Shown here: positions 62,140 to 64,000 of the stretch, in pieces
Layout: every line of letters starts with the position of its first letter
Position numbering within the stretch: the first letter of the stretch is position 1
From: Rhynchobatus australiae
Lineage: Eukaryota
Assembly: GCA_034780895.1 (NCBI GenBank)
Contig: JAUZTB010000062.1
Coordinates: forward strand, 13,140,751 to 13,204,750
Direction of reading: 5' to 3'
DNA: 64,000 bases
The notes under the pieces: generated by a model
Databases searched by the model: none
What the model was told of the DNA's origin: nothing
What the model saw: only the letters and a program-made list of their open reading frames with translations
Translations under genes and position numbers: made by a program

Positions 62140-62720
62140 CACTGCAACCCAGCCTCCGGCCACACTGCGTGAGGGAGAGCCATGCACACGCTTTATATGC
62201 CTGGCTCAACCAAACCTCATGGCTATCCGCGCGGGCAGCCACTCAGAGCGATCCGCCGCTGGGTCCTCCAGCCAATCGGAAACAAACGGGGGGCGGGACT
62301 CTCGCCGACGGCTCCGAGGGGAGAGGGCCGCCGCTGGCCGCCAGGGATGTTGGGAGCTGTAGTACCTACCCGCCGACAAGTGGGCGATGGGAAAGAGGAC
62401 CAGAACTACAACTCCCAGCGGGCACCGCGCTCACGCAGCCGCAGGGAGTGCAGAACTGAAACGGTCCTCATCGCCACGCCTTTCTCACCGGCCCCAGGTT
62501 CAAGCTGGGTTGCGCAGGCAGAAGGATGTGTTGATACTGGTGTCAGTGACTGGATGCAAATGTCATGGTGCAACTATTTCCAAAGCCTCGCCGCTCTGCA
62601 GGGGATGTGATTGGACCATGTCTGACAAACACTAGCATAGCTTTCATTCCCGGGATTCCCGCATATTCCCAAACTGGAGCACATCCACCACGGCGGAAAA
62701 GAGCGAGGGGAAGGGATGCA
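62140..62720. promoter_or_regulatory. CpG-island-like promoter with divergent ZNF143/Staf (SBS) motifs
   Basis: CpG-dense; CCAAT 62272, GC box 62288-62298, SBS minus 62344-62363 (actacagctcccaacatccc), SBS plus 62405-62423 (actacaactcccagcgggc), octamer ATGCAAAT 62554, ATTGG 62610. Confidence 0.85.
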
Positions 62721-63239
62721 AAAGAAACGCAAGAGGGGGAAACAGAGTTCAGCAAAAATAACAAACAGCACAAGTACCACGAAGAGTGAAAGGAAACTAA
62801 CGTTTAAAAATCCGTTTGACAATTAAAGGGAATAAAAAGCGGAAATAATGTAAAAAAAAATACAAGGGGGTTTTAAAGAGACGTCTAACGATAAGAAAAT
62901 AAATCACACCTGCTTATCTCTTCGAACAACACGAGTCTGGATCAGAACTTATGCATCTTTCCAGGAAATTTCATGAGATCTGCACTTGAACATGCTTTAA
63001 AGAATTATCTCCAACTTCAAATCAACACTGCGGAAAACTTTTGCAAGTTTCGAGATATTAAGTAAAATCATACTTGAGGCATATTTTTGGGTTTTTTTTA
63101 TTTTGGTGATATAAGCAGTGCACTGGGCCAGAATCTGAGGGTGCTTATGGCTGGTGACCTGGCAGACACTTAAAACCGTTAAACATAGAATTCAAAACAC
63201 TGAATATTTTAAAGTTGTCTAATCGATGTTCAAGAAATA

Positions 63240-63490
63240 AGGGGATTTTACTCTCACCCGTACTTCAGGACGTCCCAGAGCGCCTTATTTCTATCCAGTG
63301 AATTGTTTTTTGACGTTTAATTTGCCAAATTAGTAGTAATTTTCAGTTGTCATTTGGGATTTTAGAAAAAAAACAATAATTGTGGTTCTATAGAAAGTTC
63401 AGGTTAATTTAACAGATGTGAAATGTAAAAGTTGGGTTTTGTGAGGAAAATGTGTTGGCTGGACTTGCAGAGAAGAACACTGAACTGTGA
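63240..63490 (-). mobile_element. degenerate DeuSINE 3' part
   Basis: cttcaggacgtcccagagcgc is the rc of the SacSINE1-type tail; gtgaggaaaatgtgttggctggac...gaagaac. Confidence 0.45.
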
Positions 63491-64000
63491 TGCCCGGATC
63501 TGAAAACTTCAGCGTTCCCAGACATCGCGTGTTAATGATTTGTTTATAAATACAGAGTAGTTAAAAATCTCCATAATATACGGAGAAATAGAATGATTAG
63601 ATAACTGAGAGCAACATCTGAAACAAAGCTCTCTGAACCTGTCCCAGAAATACGTCGATCTGCACGGTTTAAGGTAAAGGAAAATAAATACAGGACGTTG
63701 TCAGCAAAACGCCAAGTCTTCAGCCAAGAAACACTCCTTACAACCTAGTTATAAAACTGGCTTATTTTTAGTCAACGTACAATGGAAATATTTATTCACA
63801 GATAAATTGCTTTAGAAACATTTATAAAGACCAAGACTTCAAAAGCTACGTGTTTATAGACTCAAAAATAATTAGATTTTTTTGCAGTACTGGACTGTAC
63901 AAATGAAAGATCTTGTGCTCCATGTTACATGTGAACATTAAATATTATCGTTTGGCAAGTAGTGTTGCCCAAGGCAGTGCCTTAATAGTTTGATTAAGAC

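Noticed and set aside
61890-62230. Pol III type-3 (U6-like) gene on the minus strand using TATAAAG at about 62191-62197
   Set aside because: The PSE-like sequence is a poor match and too close to the TATA, and the downstream sequence resembles no known snRNA, 7SK, Y, RNase P/MRP or tRNA-Sec.
62507-62800. Telomerase RNA (starts gggttgcg)
   Set aside because: No CTAACCCT template and no recognisable conserved domains.
1-64000. CRISPR array, prophage or other prokaryotic system
   Set aside because: No regularly spaced repeats or gene-dense operon structure; the content is vertebrate retroelement-rich DNA.

Overview
This is eukaryotic, repeat-rich vertebrate DNA. The repeat inventory (HE1/V-SINEs, SacSINE1-like DeuSINEs, HER1/CR1, L2, Tx1, RTE and Penelope-type repeats) points to a cartilaginous fish, most likely a ray (inference from my recall of these families). 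It is a draft scaffold with about 15 N-gaps, several of them 100-N placeholders. I found no intact protein-coding gene, tRNA, rRNA or CRISPR array, and the ORF track is essentially noise, N-runs or retroelement fossils. A CpG-rich promoter sits at about 62.2-62.7 kb (two divergent ZNF143/Staf motifs, CCAAT, GC box, octamer, three minus-strand splice donors), with a second CCAAT-cluster promoter candidate at about 60.5 kb. The apparent A/C excess on the + strand fits most of the window being intronic sequence of an unidentified minus-strand gene. The most notable observations are four. (1) A 3.6-kb segment bracketed by two same-orientation young SINEs splits one L2 fossil, so it is either a recombinational insertion or a misassembly. 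(2) Penelope-type repeats carry a minimal hammerhead-ribozyme-like core with a shared CAGAUGA variant. (3) A CR1 insertion has twin-priming-like 5' inversion geometry. (4) Young V-SINEs share a head but carry two different LINE-derived tails. I see no convincing evidence of a wholly new biological system. Repeat boundaries are approximate and family names come from recall, not database searches.
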